64,000 nt of DNA, taken from NCBI GenBank assembly GCA_934130935.1, contig CAKOYQ010000001.1, positions 168,003 to 232,002 on the forward strand, given 5' to 3'. Source of the stretch: an uncultured Clostridia bacterium. GTDB taxonomy: Bacteria; Bacillota; Clostridia; TANB77; CAG-508. Every line of letters starts with the position of its first letter. The stretch's first letter is position 1. The notes under the pieces are model-generated. The model made no database searches. It worked only from the letters and a program-made list of their open reading frames with translations, and was not told the origin of the DNA. The position numbers and the translations under genes are program-made. Of this stretch, positions 49,172 to 59,600 are shown piece by piece.

Positions 49172-49786
49172 TTAATTTTCCACCTTTAAAAAATCTTTTA
49201 AACAATTTAACTGCTTTTCAAACTCATATCTTGTAAAAACAGTATCACTTTTTTCTTTTCCACCCATTGTATGTATTATGTTTCTTTCACAATCCTTCAA
49301 TACATTTCTATATAGTGGATTTTGAATCGCTGAAATATACATCTCATCTACTAAGTCATCAAATTCTTCACTATATCTATTTATTTTTTCACCTTGCCAG
49401 TACACTATTCCAGTTTCTTTCCAATCATATCCACTACACACTTTTACATAGTTAGAATTTAAAGCTGTATATTCAAATACCATATTTTGCATTGTTATAT
49501 CTTTAAATTTTATTCCCTGAAAAAATGCCTCAATACATTTCAATTTTTTTCCTCTAAATTCGAATTCATATGGAAATAAGTTTGATAATACTTTTGCATA
49601 CGGACCTGAATGCTTATACCCTACATTTATCCATTTTTCACAATCACCAATTTCTTTCCCTTCTTCATCTATCAATGGTTCTCCATCATAATATTCTTTT
49701 CCATCTATTTCTTCTACGTTTTTCATTTCATATTTATATTTCTCCTTAAATTCTTTGAATTTTTTTAATTCATCTATTTTATCCAT
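49172..49786 (-). CDS. NADAR/YbiA-like (DUF1768-like) protein
   Basis: VLSNLFPYEFEFRGKKLKCIEAFFQGIKF resembles the NADAR SNF...F...G..y.s.Ehy.QA.KF signature. Its stop abuts the PRTase ATG. Confidence 0.4.
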   Translation of the reverse strand: MDKIDELKKFKEFKEKYKYEMKNVEEIDGKEYYDGEPLIDEEGKEIGDCEKWINVGYKHSGPYAKVLSNLFPYEFEFRGKKLKCIEAFFQGIKFKDITMQNMVFEYTALNSNYVKVCSGYDWKETGIVYWQGEKINRYSEEFDDLVDEMYISAIQNPLYRNVLKDCERNIIHTMGGKEKSDTVFTRYEFEKQLNCLKDFLKVEN

Positions 49787-49831
49787 ATATTTTGTTCCTT
49801 TCCTTTTATTTATTTTGTATATAATAATACC

Positions 49832-49860
49832 ATTTTAACAGATTATCGTTATATTTTCAA
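49832..49860 (-). promoter_or_regulatory. sigma-A promoter of the NADAR-PRTase operon
   Basis: On the minus strand, TTGAAA-17 nt-(TGT)TAAAAT, about 45 nt upstream of ATG 49786. Confidence 0.45.
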
Positions 49861-49875
49861 GGCCAATTCCACCTT

Positions 49876-49908
49876 AAAAGAGAGAGCCTATTTAGAGACC
49901 CCCTCTTT
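49876..49908 (-). terminator. rho-independent terminator of clpB
   Basis: On the minus strand, AGAGGGGGTC-N8-GGCTCTCTCT (with G:U pairs) followed by TTTT. Confidence 0.55.
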
Positions 49909-49922
49909 GTTCACATTTATCA

Positions 49923-52520
49923 TTAATCATTTTTTATATATAATTCATCATTATTACAGTCAATTACCACTTTGCTATTAGGCAAAATTTCTTGAGTTAA
50001 AATCTTTTTAGCAATTAAAGTTTCAAGTTTCTTCTGCACAAATCTTTTTAAAGGTCTTGCACCATAAACTTCATCATATCCATTATCAATTAAATAATCT
50101 TTAGCAGGTTGAGTTAATTCTAATTTGATATGTTTATCATCAAGCCTTTTTTCCAAGTCTTTAATAAGAAGTTCCAATATTTTTGAAATTTCATTTTTCA
50201 TAAGTGGTTTGTAAAATACTATTTCATCCAAACGATTTAAAAATTCAGGTCTAAAGCTTCTTTTTAATAATTCTGATACTTTTTGTTTTGCTTCTTCTGA
50301 AATTTCGCCATTTTCTTGAATTCCTTCTAATATATAATCAGAACCCAAATTTGAAGTTAATATTATTATAGTATTCTTAAAGTCAACTGTTCTTCCTTGT
50401 GAATCTGTTATACGTCCATCATCTAATACTTGTAATAAAATGTTAAATACATCTGGATGTGCTTTTTCAATTTCATCAAATAAAACTACTGAATATGGTT
50501 TTCTTCTTACTGCCTCTGTTAATTGTCCACCCTCTTCATATCCTACATATCCTGGAGGTGCACCAATCAATCTTGAAACAGAATATTTTTCCATATATTC
50601 AGACATATCAATTCTTACTATATTGTGTTCATCATCAAATAAACTTTCTGCAAGAGATTTTGCAAGTTCAGTCTTACCAACACCTGTTGGACCTAAGAAC
50701 ATAAATGAACCTATAGGTCTACGTGGATCTCCAATTCCTGCTCTTGAACGCATTATTGCTTGTGAAACTTTTTCAACTGCTTCATCTTGACCAATTACTC
50801 TTTTATGAAGTATTTTATCAAGATTTAAGATTTTCTCTCTTTCTCCTTCCATCAATTTTGTAACAGGTATCCCTGTCCATCTTGATATGATTTTTGCGAT
50901 TTCCTCTTCTGTTACTTTATTTCTTAATAGTCCATCTTCTTTGCTTTTTTCTGATATTTCCTCTTCATGTTGTAGCTCTTTTTGTAATTCTGGTAACTTT
51001 CCATATCTTAATTCTGCAACCTTATTCAAATCATAGTTTCTTTCTGCTTGTTCAATTTGTGCATTTGTTTGTTCAATCTCTTCACGTAATTTTTGAACTT
51101 TTCCTATTGCAGCTTTTTCATTTTCCCATTTTGCTTTCATTCCATCAAATTTAGTTTTTAGTTCTGATTTCTCTTTTTGAATATCAGCTAAACGTTGTTT
51201 AGAAATCTCATCTTTTTCTTTGCTTAATGCTGTTTCTTCTATTTCTAATTGCATTATTTTTCTTGAAACCTCGTCAAGTTCTGTTGGCATTGATTCCATT
51301 TCTGTTTTTATCATAGCACAAGCTTCATCAATTAAATCTATTGCTTTATCTGGTAAAAATCTATCTGATATATATCTATGTGATAATGTTGCAGCAGAAA
51401 TTAAGGCATTATCTGCAATCTTAACACCATGATATACTTCATATCTTTCTTTTAAGCCTCTTAAAATTGATATTGTATCTTCTACTGACGGTTCATCAAC
51501 CATTACAGGTTGAAAACGTCTCTCAAGAGCTTGGTCTTTCTCTATATATTGTCTATACTCATTTAAGGTTGTTGCACCTATACAATGTAATTCTCCTCTT
51601 GCCAACATTGGTTTTAATAAATTACCTGCATCCATTGCTCCATCTGTCTTTCCAGCACCTACTATTGTGTGAATTTCATCTATAAACAATATAATTCTGC
51701 CTTCACTTTTCTTTACTTCTTGCAAAACTGCTTTAAGTCTTTCTTCGAACTCTCCTCTATATTTTGCACCAGCTACAAGTAAGCCCATATCAAGTGAAAA
51801 TATTGTACATTCCTTTAGACCTTCTGGCACATCTCCCCTAACTATTCTTAATGCTAACCCTTCTGCTATAGCTGTTTTACCTACACCAGGTTCACCAATC
51901 AAACATGGATTATTTTTAGTCTTTCTTGACAATATACGAATAACATTTCTTATTTCTGTATCTCTCCCTATTACTGGATCTAATTTTTGTTCTCTAGCCA
52001 TTTGTGTTAAATCTTGCCCATATTTCTTTAAAACATCATAAGTATCTTCAGGATTATCAGATGTTACTCTTGTATTTCCTCTAACATCAAATAAAGCCTT
52101 TAAAAACTCATTTTTTGTAATACTATATCTTCTAAAAATTTCTTTTATATTACTATTTGCATTATTAAAAATTGCAAGCATTATATGTTCAACAGAAACA
52201 TATTCATCTTTCATTTTTTTCGCAATCGATTCTGAATCAGCCAAAACTTTGTCAACGTCTTGTGCAACATAAATTCCATCACTTGGTCTTGCACCTCCTG
52301 TCATTTTGGGCTTATTTTCTATCTTATTTCTAATTTCATTTTCAATGCTTTCTTCGTCCCCTATTTTTTTGATTAGTTCTTTTATTAAACTATTTTCTTG
52401 TTCTAATAATGCTAATAATAAATGTTCTTGCTCTACTTGTGCATTTTGGTTTTCCATTGCTAGTGTTTGTGCATTTTGTATTGCTTCTAATGATTTTTGA
52501 GTAAATTTTTGAATATTCAT
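49923..52520 (-). CDS. clpB: ATP-dependent chaperone ClpB
   Basis: Two AAA+ modules ([16 protein letters not shown]) and a long middle coiled coil. Start [10 protein letters not shown] at ATG 52520 behind AGGAGGAG. Confidence 0.95.
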   Translation of the reverse strand: MNIQKFTQKSLEAIQNAQTLAMENQNAQVEQEHLLLALLEQENSLIKELIKKIGDEESIENEIRNKIENKPKMTGGARPSDGIYVAQDVDKVLADSESIAKKMKDEYVSVEHIMLAIFNNANSNIKEIFRRYSITKNEFLKALFDVRGNTRVTSDNPEDTYDVLKKYGQDLTQMAREQKLDPVIGRDTEIRNVIRILSRKTKNNPCLIGEPGVGKTAIAEGLALRIVRGDVPEGLKECTIFSLDMGLLVAGAKYRGEFEERLKAVLQEVKKSEGRIILFIDEIHTIVGAGKTDGAMDAGNLLKPMLARGELHCIGATTLNEYRQYIEKDQALERRFQPVMVDEPSVEDTISILRGLKERYEVYHGVKIADNALISAATLSHRYISDRFLPDKAIDLIDEACAMIKTEMESMPTELDEVSRKIMQLEIEETALSKEKDEISKQRLADIQKEKSELKTKFDGMKAKWENEKAAIGKVQKLREEIEQTNAQIEQAERNYDLNKVAELRYGKLPELQKELQHEEEISEKSKEDGLLRNKVTEEEIAKIISRWTGIPVTKLMEGEREKILNLDKILHKRVIGQDEAVEKVSQAIMRSRAGIGDPRRPIGSFMFLGPTGVGKTELAKSLAESLFDDEHNIVRIDMSEYMEKYSVSRLIGAPPGYVGYEEGGQLTEAVRRKPYSVVLFDEIEKAHPDVFNILLQVLDDGRITDSQGRTVDFKNTIIILTSNLGSDYILEGIQENGEISEEAKQKVSELLKRSFRPEFLNRLDEIVFYKPLMKNEISKILELLIKDLEKRLDDKHIKLELTQPAKDYLIDNGYDEVYGARPLKRFVQKKLETLIAKKILTQEILPNSKVVIDCNNDELYIKND

Positions 52521-52537
52521 AATCACTCCTCCTTTTT

Positions 52538-52603
52538 GGGACATATGGGGTCGGTTCCATTTTTGCCCTTAGGGCAATTTGGGGTCGGTTCCGTTTTTTC
52601 CCT
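52538..52603 (+). repeat. two tandem REP-like 33-nt units in the clpB leader
   Basis: GGGACATATGGGGTCGGTTCCATTTTTGCCCT followed by AGGGCAATTTGGGGTCGGTTCCGTTTTTTCCCT. Confidence 0.85.
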
Positions 52604-52665
52604 TTGTCCTAACTTAAAAGCACAATCTTTTAATATAGAATGTGCCTCTTTTTATTACATTTATT

Positions 52666-52694
52666 ATTATATCACTTCGTTTTAGCACTGTCAA
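52666..52694 (-). promoter_or_regulatory. consensus sigma-A promoter of clpB
   Basis: On the minus strand, TTGACA (52694-52689)-17 nt-TATAAT (52671-52666). Confidence 0.7.
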
Positions 52695-52708
52695 TAGTAG
52701 AGTGCTAA
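52682..52708. promoter_or_regulatory. CIRCE operator (HrcA binding site)
   Basis: TTAGCACTG-N9-GAGTGCTAA versus the consensus TTAGCACTC-N9-GAGTGCTAA (1 mismatch). It overlaps the -35 box. Confidence 0.75.
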
Positions 52709-52722
52709 AATGATAAAAATTT

Positions 52723-54868
52723 TTATATTAATCTTAAACTATTGATTACAACCGTAAAACTACTTAATGTCATAGCTAAACTTGCAAACATTGGATTAAT
52801 ACTTAGTTGAAATAATCCAGTAGCAAGTGGAATCATACAAACATTGTAAAATAAAGCCCAAAATAGATTCTCTTTAATAATCTTGATTGTTTTGTTTCCT
52901 ATATTAAATAACTCACATACAGTTTCCATGTTTTCATTTAATAATATAACATCTGATGCATCATTACTAATATCTGTTCCATTTTGTACACTTACTCCAA
53001 CTGTTGCAGCTTTAAGTGCTGGACTATCATTTATACCATCACCAACCATTAAGCAATTTTTATTTTGATTGAGTTCTTTTATCTTTTCTAATTTTTCTTG
53101 TGGTGAAACATTACTCACAACCTCAGTTATTTGAAGTTTATCTGCAATAATTCTTGCAGTTTCATTATTATCACCTGTAAGCATAACAACCTTTTTTCCT
53201 TTTTTATGAAGATTATTTATAACTTCTTTCATATTCGGCTTTATCTCATCAGCCAACCCAACTATAGATAAAACCTTACTATCAGTAAATAGGTACACTA
53301 TACTTTCGCCTTTTTTGCTATATTCCTCTTCTTCTTTTTGAAAAATATTCTCAATATTTTTACTTTTTAAAAATTTATTATTTCCTGCAAAATAGTTTTT
53401 ACCATTTATTTGTCCTTTTATTCCCATTCCAGCAATTTCTTCAAAATCATATACGTCATATGTCTGACTTGCATTTGCAACTATACTTTTCGCAATCGGA
53501 TGGTTTGACTTTGCCTCTAAACTTTGTAAAATTTTAAAATTTTCTTCATCTCCAACCATATCAACAACTTGCAATTTTCCAAGTGTTAATGTCCCTGTTT
53601 TATCAAACACTATTGTATCTATTTTACTTATTGCTTCTAAAATTTCACTCGATTTTACTAGAATACCTTTTTTACTACATCTTCCTATTGATACAACCAT
53701 TGCTAATGGTGTTGCTAATCCCAATGCACATGGACATGCAACTACAAGAACACTTACTAATGCTAATATTGCTGTTGTTATATTCTGTTTAATTATAAAA
53801 TTTAATGCAAAAGATAATATTGCAATTATAAATATCGCTGGAACAAAATAGCCACTTATTTTATCTGCAAGTCTTGCAATAGGAGCTTTTGTATTCGTTG
53901 CTTCAACTACCATTTGTACTATATTAGAAATGCTTGAATCTTTACCTATTTTTTCAGCTTCATATTCTATATATCCATTATAATTTATACTTCCAGCAAT
54001 AACTTTATCTCCCATTTTTTTACTTACTGGATTACTTTCACCAGTTATAAAAGATTCGTCTGTATGTGTATTCCCCTTTATGATTACTCCATCAACAGCT
54101 ATTTTTTCTCCAGGTTTACAGATAACAATGTCGCCTTTTTTTATTTCATTTATCGTTACTCTTTTTTCTTTTCCATCTTTTAATATAACTCCATTTTGTG
54201 GTGTAATTGTTACTAAATTCTTTATTGTATCAACAGCTTTTGCTTTGTTTTTTGTATCAATATATCTCCCTATTTTTACAAATAGAATTATCATTGCAGA
54301 TGCCTCAAAATATAAATTATGAATTGCATGTAAATTCCCTCTAAATACTAGAATACTGTTATACAAACTATATCCATAATTTACAATCACTCCAATTCCT
54401 ACAAGTGAATCCATATTAGGCATTTTATGCCATATGTTTTTTATCCCATTTTGAATAATATCTCTTCCAAATATAAGAAATAATGTTGTTAAACCTAGAA
54501 GAACTATTGTATATGATTTAGGTGCTATGTCTATGTTCAAGCCTTCTGGAACAGGTATATTCAACATATGTCCCATTGAAATATACATTAATATAATTCC
54601 TAGTACTGTAAATATCATTATTAATTTAAAATCTTTTTTGCTTTCTTTTTCATTTCCTTTTTCGCCTAAACTTTTAAAACCTGCATCTTCCACAAATTTT
54701 TCTAAGTCTTTTACACTTAAATTGTCTTGATATTCTATAGATGCGGTTGCCATAACTAGATTTACAGATGCGTTTTCTATTCCGTTCTTGTTTGTTTAAA
54801 TATTTTTCTAATCCATTTGAGCAAGCACTACATGTCATCCCCTCAATATTTAAAATAATCTTATTCAT
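52723..54868 (-). pseudogene. copA: copper-translocating P1B-type ATPase CopA, frameshifted inside the N-terminal HMA domain
   Basis: MNKIILNIEGMTCSACSNGLEKYLNKQ (frame A) continues as NGIENASVNLVMATASIEY (frame B). Downstream motifs CPCALGLATP, DKTGTLT and GDGINDSPAL are present. Confidence 0.8.
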
Positions 54869-54880
54869 TTTTTGCCTCTC

Positions 54881-55087
54881 TTATTGTATTACTTCAAAAC
54901 CTAGGTTGCTTATTTTGTCTTTTATTTTGTCTACATCAGTACTATCTGTGGCAATTACTTTAACTGTTCCATTTTCGTGATTTGCCTTAACTTCTTCAAC
55001 TCCAGATATACTACTTACCGCATTTTGAATCCTTCTTTCACATCCTGTACATTCCATTCCCTCTATTTTAAAATTAATTTCTTTCAT
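54881..55087 (-). CDS. copZ: copper chaperone CopZ (HMA domain)
   Basis: 68 aa with the GMECTGCERR metal-binding motif. Confidence 0.85.
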   Translation of the reverse strand: MKEINFKIEGMECTGCERRIQNAVSSISGVEEVKANHENGTVKVIATDSTDVDKIKDKISNLGFEVIQ

Positions 55088-55114
55088 TTTAAACTATTAC
55101 CTCCTATTTTAATT

Positions 55115-55147
55115 AGGGCAATTTGGGGTCGGTTCCATTTTTGCCCT
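55115..55147 (+). repeat. REP-like 33-nt unit
   Basis: AGGGCAATTTGGGGTCGGTTCCATTTTTGCCCT, 28 nt upstream of the copZ start. Confidence 0.85.
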
Positions 55148-55172
55148 TTTTCTCTTAAATATGATAATTATT

Positions 55173-55348
55173 AATATTAAATATAAACTTTAAATGAAAT
55201 GACGAATATGATTGGAGAAACTTTAGAAATTCTACGAAATTTTATGGAAAGAGTTCACGAGAGTGGAAGGGTGCCATAAAATAAGTTAGAATTTCTTAAG
55301 TTTCGTAATGAATCGAGAGAATGTAATGCAAAGTTTATATTTAATATT
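55173..55348 (-). mobile_element. MITE-like long-hairpin element, copy 2 (inverted relative to copy 1)
   Basis: Perfect 19-bp TIRs AATATTAAATATAAACTTT / AAAGTTTATATTTAATATT. The central 58 nt are identical to copy 1. Confidence 0.75.
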
Positions 55349-55370
55349 AATAAATTAGCTATGTTATAAA

Positions 55371-55403
55371 AGGGCAAAAATGGAACCGACCCCAAATTGC
55401 CCT
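55371..55403 (-). repeat. REP-like 33-nt unit, inverted
   Basis: AGGGCAAAAATGGAACCGACCCCAAATTGCCCT, the exact reverse complement of 55115-55147. Confidence 0.85.
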
Positions 55404-55417
55404 CAAATGTTCCTTTT

Positions 55418-57136
55418 CTAGCCTAATATTTTTTTAATTTCTTCTTGTCTTTTAACCTTTTTTGTTGTAGTTTTTATAAGTTCTTCATCTGTCAAAATCA
55501 TATTTTTTATATATTTATAAGGTGGAAAAGTCTTATTAATCTCTTTTATCTTTTCCCAAATAACTTTTCTCAATTCATCCTCTGTAGCATTTGGGTACTT
55601 TTCTTTAGCAACATCTTTATTATAAACCACTTTAACAGACAATTTCAAATCATTTTTATCTTTTTCATCAGGCATTCCATAAACAATACATTCTTCTACT
55701 AAATCCAATCTATTTATTAATACTTCTAATTCCTCTGGAAAAACTTTTTTACCATTTTTCAAAACAATCATATCTTTTTGTCTTCCTGTTAAAAAGATAA
55801 AACCATCCTTATCAATATAGCCTAAATCTCCTGTATAAAACCAACCATCTCTTATTACTTTTCTTGTTTCTTCCTCATTATCATAATATCCAAGCATTAC
55901 ATTAGGTCCTTTTACACGAAGCTCGCCTATACCATTTTCATCCTTATCAACTATTTCTAATTCTATATTGTCCATAGGAAATCCGATTGAACCACTTCTC
56001 TTTTTATATGCATTTTCCGCTGCAATTACTGGTGATGTTTCTGTTAATCCATATCCTTGAGCTAATTCTATACCTAATTCATTAAAACCTTGAGCGACTC
56101 TTTTATCTAATGGTGCTCCTCCTGATATAATAAATCTCATGTGGCCACCAAGTGCATCTAACACTGGTTTAAATAATTTTTTTCTTATATCTATATGGAA
56201 TTTTAATAATATATTACTAATCTTTTTTGCCATATTGATTAATTTCGTTTTTCCTTGTTTTTCAATCTCTTTTTCTATATTTCTATAAATCGCCTCAACT
56301 AAAAGAGGAACTCCAACAAATAATGAAACTTTATATTCTTTCAAGTTCTGAGCTACATATCTTAGTCCATCTGGAAACGCTGTTGCTAATCCTGATGCAA
56401 GCATAACTATCATTTCTGTTGAACCAAATATATGATGAAATGGTAAAAATGCTAAATTTACATCTGTTGGTAAAAATCTTTCTACCAATAGCATTGCATA
56501 TACATTTGAAGCAATATTATGTTGTGACAACATAACAGCTTTTGACTTTGACGTTGTTCCTGATGTAAATAACAATATTGCCATTTTATCTTCATCAATT
56601 TTAACTTTAGTATATTCTTTTTCTCCTTGTTTTAATAGTTTCTTTCCTTTTTCTTTCAAATCCCAAAAATTAGAATATCCATCTTTTTCTGTCATACATA
56701 TATATTCTTGTAAATTTGTGTTTCCTCTTCTTTTTATTTCTTCTATATTTTCTATATACTTTTCATCAAAAATTACAACATCTGCTTTACTTCTTTCTAA
56801 ACAGCTCTCTAACTCATCAACTTGTAGTTCTTTATCTAATGGAACTGAAACTATACCACCTAATAAGTTTGCCAAATGTGCAACTCCCCATTCATATCTG
56901 TTTCTTCCTACTATTGCTATTCTTTTGTTCTTAAATCCCATTTCATATAGCTTTGTTCCAAATGCATTAATATCCTCTAATAATTTTTTATATGTTATGT
57001 TTTCATATGTTATCTCTTTGTCTTTTTTATGTTTTAATATAAATGCTATATTACTTGCATATTGTTTTGCTGAATTATAAATTATCCCTTTGATATCTTT
57101 AAATTCTATTGCTTTAAAATATCTTTCTCTTTCCAT
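55418..57136 (-). CDS. AMP-forming long-chain acyl-CoA ligase (FadD-like)
   Basis: AMP-binding motif LLFTSGTTSKSKAV, YGLTET, and GDLGYIDKDGFIFLTGRQKD. The start is probably MERERYF (ATG 57136). Confidence 0.8.
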   Translation of the reverse strand: MERERYFKAIEFKDIKGIIYNSAKQYASNIAFILKHKKDKEITYENITYKKLLEDINAFGTKLYEMGFKNKRIAIVGRNRYEWGVAHLANLLGGIVSVPLDKELQVDELESCLERSKADVVIFDEKYIENIEEIKRRGNTNLQEYICMTEKDGYSNFWDLKEKGKKLLKQGEKEYTKVKIDEDKMAILLFTSGTTSKSKAVMLSQHNIASNVYAMLLVERFLPTDVNLAFLPFHHIFGSTEMIVMLASGLATAFPDGLRYVAQNLKEYKVSLFVGVPLLVEAIYRNIEKEIEKQGKTKLINMAKKISNILLKFHIDIRKKLFKPVLDALGGHMRFIISGGAPLDKRVAQGFNELGIELAQGYGLTETSPVIAAENAYKKRSGSIGFPMDNIELEIVDKDENGIGELRVKGPNVMLGYYDNEEETRKVIRDGWFYTGDLGYIDKDGFIFLTGRQKDMIVLKNGKKVFPEELEVLINRLDLVEECIVYGMPDEKDKNDLKLSVKVVYNKDVAKEKYPNATEDELRKVIWEKIKEINKTFPPYKYIKNMILTDEELIKTTTKKVKRQEEIKKILG

Positions 57137-57291
57137 TCTGATTTCCTTTCTTTTGGTCTCTACCAACTTTATATTGAAAACCATCTATGTCTATCTAGTT
57201 TTCGATACTAGATTATCATATAAAAAGTATCTTGTCAATATACTGACCATACTTTCTAATCTGTAATGTTTTTATGCAATACATTTTATAT

Positions 57292-57492
57292 TTAACCAAA
57301 AAACAATATTAATCCCCCAATAATACTAATTATAGTTCCAAAAATCTTAAATCCACTTGTAGCTTCATTCTGATCTCCAAATCCAAAAAACTTTTTTTCA
57401 ATAACTCTAGCATCATAGACCAAAGTCACACCCATTAACAATATTATTATTCCAATTAATCTTAAAATTATTTGTCCCATAAAACTCAACAT
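57292..57492 (-). CDS. small two-TM membrane protein
   Basis: 66-aa ORF with two hydrophobic helices and no recognised family. Confidence 0.35.
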   Translation of the reverse strand: MLSFMGQIILRLIGIIILLMGVTLVYDARVIEKKFFGFGDQNEATSGFKIFGTIISIIGGLILFFG

Positions 57493-57538
57493 CCTTTTCT
57501 ATAAATTTTAATTTCAAATATAACTAAACTTTAAAAAT

Positions 57539-59587
57539 TTAAAGTTCTATCCTTGAATTAAATTTTTCTTTAACTATTTCATTTAATTTTTCATTTTTTT
57601 CTTTTTCAAGTAATGGATCATCTTCCATTATTTTTATTGCCAAACCTTGAACTCTTTTTAATATTCCTATATCTTCAAATAAATTAGCAATCTTAAATTC
57701 TGGAAGTCCATGTTGTTCTGTTCCAAAAAAGTCTCCTGAACCTCTAAGTTCTAAATCCTTTTCAGAAATCACAAATCCATCATTTGTATCACACATTACC
57801 TTCATTCTTTGTTTTATTGTATCCCCATTTCCTTCATATTTTAGAATACAATATGATTGATATTCTCCTCTTCCAACTCTTCCACGTAATTGATGTAATT
57901 GTGCCAACCCAAATCTTTCTGCATTTTCTACAACCATAATACTAGCATTTGGAACGTTTACACCAACTTCTATTACTGTTGTAGCAATCAAGATTTGAAT
58001 TTCTCCATCTTTGAACTTTAGCATGATTTCATCTTTTTCTTTTGGTTTCATTTTTCCATGCAAATATGCTACTTTATATTCACTAAATGTTTCTTTTTGA
58101 TATCTTTGAGCAAGTTCAATTACTGATTGCAAACCTTCCATATCTTCATTTTCTTCAACTAACGGACATACAATATAGGCTTGTCTTCCTTCTTTAATTT
58201 GTTTTCTTATAAAATTGTTTACTCGCTCTTCCATATTTTTTCTAACAGCATATGTTTCTATTTTCTTTCTGTTTGGTGGAAGTTCATCAATTATTGATAT
58301 GTCCAAATCTCCATACAATATTAATGCAAGTGTTCTTGGAATAGGTGTTGCAGACATTGCTATTATATCTGGATTTTGTCCTTTTGATGCTATTGTACCA
58401 CGTTGCTTTACTCCAAATCTATGTTGCTCATCTGTTACTACTAATCCTAAATTTTTAAATATTACATTTTCTTCTAATATTGCATGTGTTCCTATAAGTA
58501 TGTCTATTTCGCCATTTTGTAGTTTTTCTAATATTTCTGTTTTTTTCTTTTTAGTAATACTTGAAATTAATAATTCTGTTCTTATTCCTAATTCTTCTAA
58601 AATTCCTTGAAAACTTTCTAAGTGTTGACTTGCAAGTATTGCAGTTGGTGCCATTATTGTTGCTTGATATCCTGATTTTACAGCTTTATATGCTGCTATC
58701 ATTGCAACTACTGTTTTTCCTGAACCTACATCTCCTTGAAGAAGTCTATTCATTGGCTTGTCACTTTCCATATCACTATCAATTTCTTCTAATACTCTTA
58801 ATTGAGCTTTTGTTAACTTAAATGGCAACATATTTATTACATCTGACATCTTAGCATCTTTACTAAATTGAATTCCATTTATATCATTTTCATAATTATT
58901 CTTTAATTTTAATAAGGCTAACTGCATTGTTAATAATTCTTCAAATACTAATCTTTCGCGAGCTTTATTAAAATCCGAAAATTCTACTGGAAAATGAATT
59001 CTTTCTATTGTATTATTTATGTCCCATAAATTATTATCTTTTAATACATATTCTGGTAATGTTTCTGGTAACTGGCCTTTTACTTCCAAAAGTCCATTTT
59101 CTATAATCCTTCTTAGTGTATTTTGTTTTAATTCAAATGTTAATGGATATATCGGAATTATTTTTCCTGTATTTTTGCTTTGATCTATTTCATCATATAC
59201 AGGAGAATTCATTTCATATCTTGAACCTCTTATTGAAATTTTTCCAAAAAATCTATACATTCTACCAGGTTGAAATTTGTCTCTTAAATATCCTTGATTG
59301 AACCATGTTATATAACATGTTCCGGTTTGGTCTTTTACAATTAGTCTGCTTATTGTCATTCTGCCTTTGTGCATTTCGCTGATTCGCCCTGTTGGCATTG
59401 CTTCTATTAAAACTTCTTCTCCATCTGTACATTCATATAAGTTTTTTGGCTTGCTTCTGTCTTCATAGTCTCTTGGATAATATTCAATTAAATCTTTTAA
59501 TGTATATATATTTAATTTATTTAAAAGCTTTACTCTGTTCGGTCCTACTGTTTTTACGTATTTTACATCTTTGTTTAGGTCTAACAT
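57539..59587 (-). CDS. recG: ATP-dependent DNA helicase RecG
   Basis: Wedge domain plus helicase motifs GDVGSGKT, DEQHRFG and QLHQLRGRVGRG. Confidence 0.95.
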   Translation of the reverse strand: MLDLNKDVKYVKTVGPNRVKLLNKLNIYTLKDLIEYYPRDYEDRSKPKNLYECTDGEEVLIEAMPTGRISEMHKGRMTISRLIVKDQTGTCYITWFNQGYLRDKFQPGRMYRFFGKISIRGSRYEMNSPVYDEIDQSKNTGKIIPIYPLTFELKQNTLRRIIENGLLEVKGQLPETLPEYVLKDNNLWDINNTIERIHFPVEFSDFNKARERLVFEELLTMQLALLKLKNNYENDINGIQFSKDAKMSDVINMLPFKLTKAQLRVLEEIDSDMESDKPMNRLLQGDVGSGKTVVAMIAAYKAVKSGYQATIMAPTAILASQHLESFQGILEELGIRTELLISSITKKKKTEILEKLQNGEIDILIGTHAILEENVIFKNLGLVVTDEQHRFGVKQRGTIASKGQNPDIIAMSATPIPRTLALILYGDLDISIIDELPPNRKKIETYAVRKNMEERVNNFIRKQIKEGRQAYIVCPLVEENEDMEGLQSVIELAQRYQKETFSEYKVAYLHGKMKPKEKDEIMLKFKDGEIQILIATTVIEVGVNVPNASIMVVENAERFGLAQLHQLRGRVGRGEYQSYCILKYEGNGDTIKQRMKVMCDTNDGFVISEKDLELRGSGDFFGTEQHGLPEFKIANLFEDIGILKRVQGLAIKIMEDDPLLEKEKNEKLNEIVKEKFNSRIEL

Positions 59588-59600
59588 CTCTACTCCTCTT

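Noticed and set aside
52538-52603. Tandem GC-rich repeats as a possible mini-CRISPR array (also at 63581-63647)
   Set aside because: There are only two abutting units per locus, with no unique spacers between them. Inverted copies occur elsewhere, and no cas genes are in the window. The behaviour is that of REP-type repeats.
54754-54868. Programmed ribosomal frameshift producing a CopA(Z)-like chaperone, as in E. coli copA
   Set aside because: The shift falls after about 27 codons, inside the first HMA domain rather than after it. I see no slippery heptamer. The frame-A product is nonsense, and a separate copZ gene exists.
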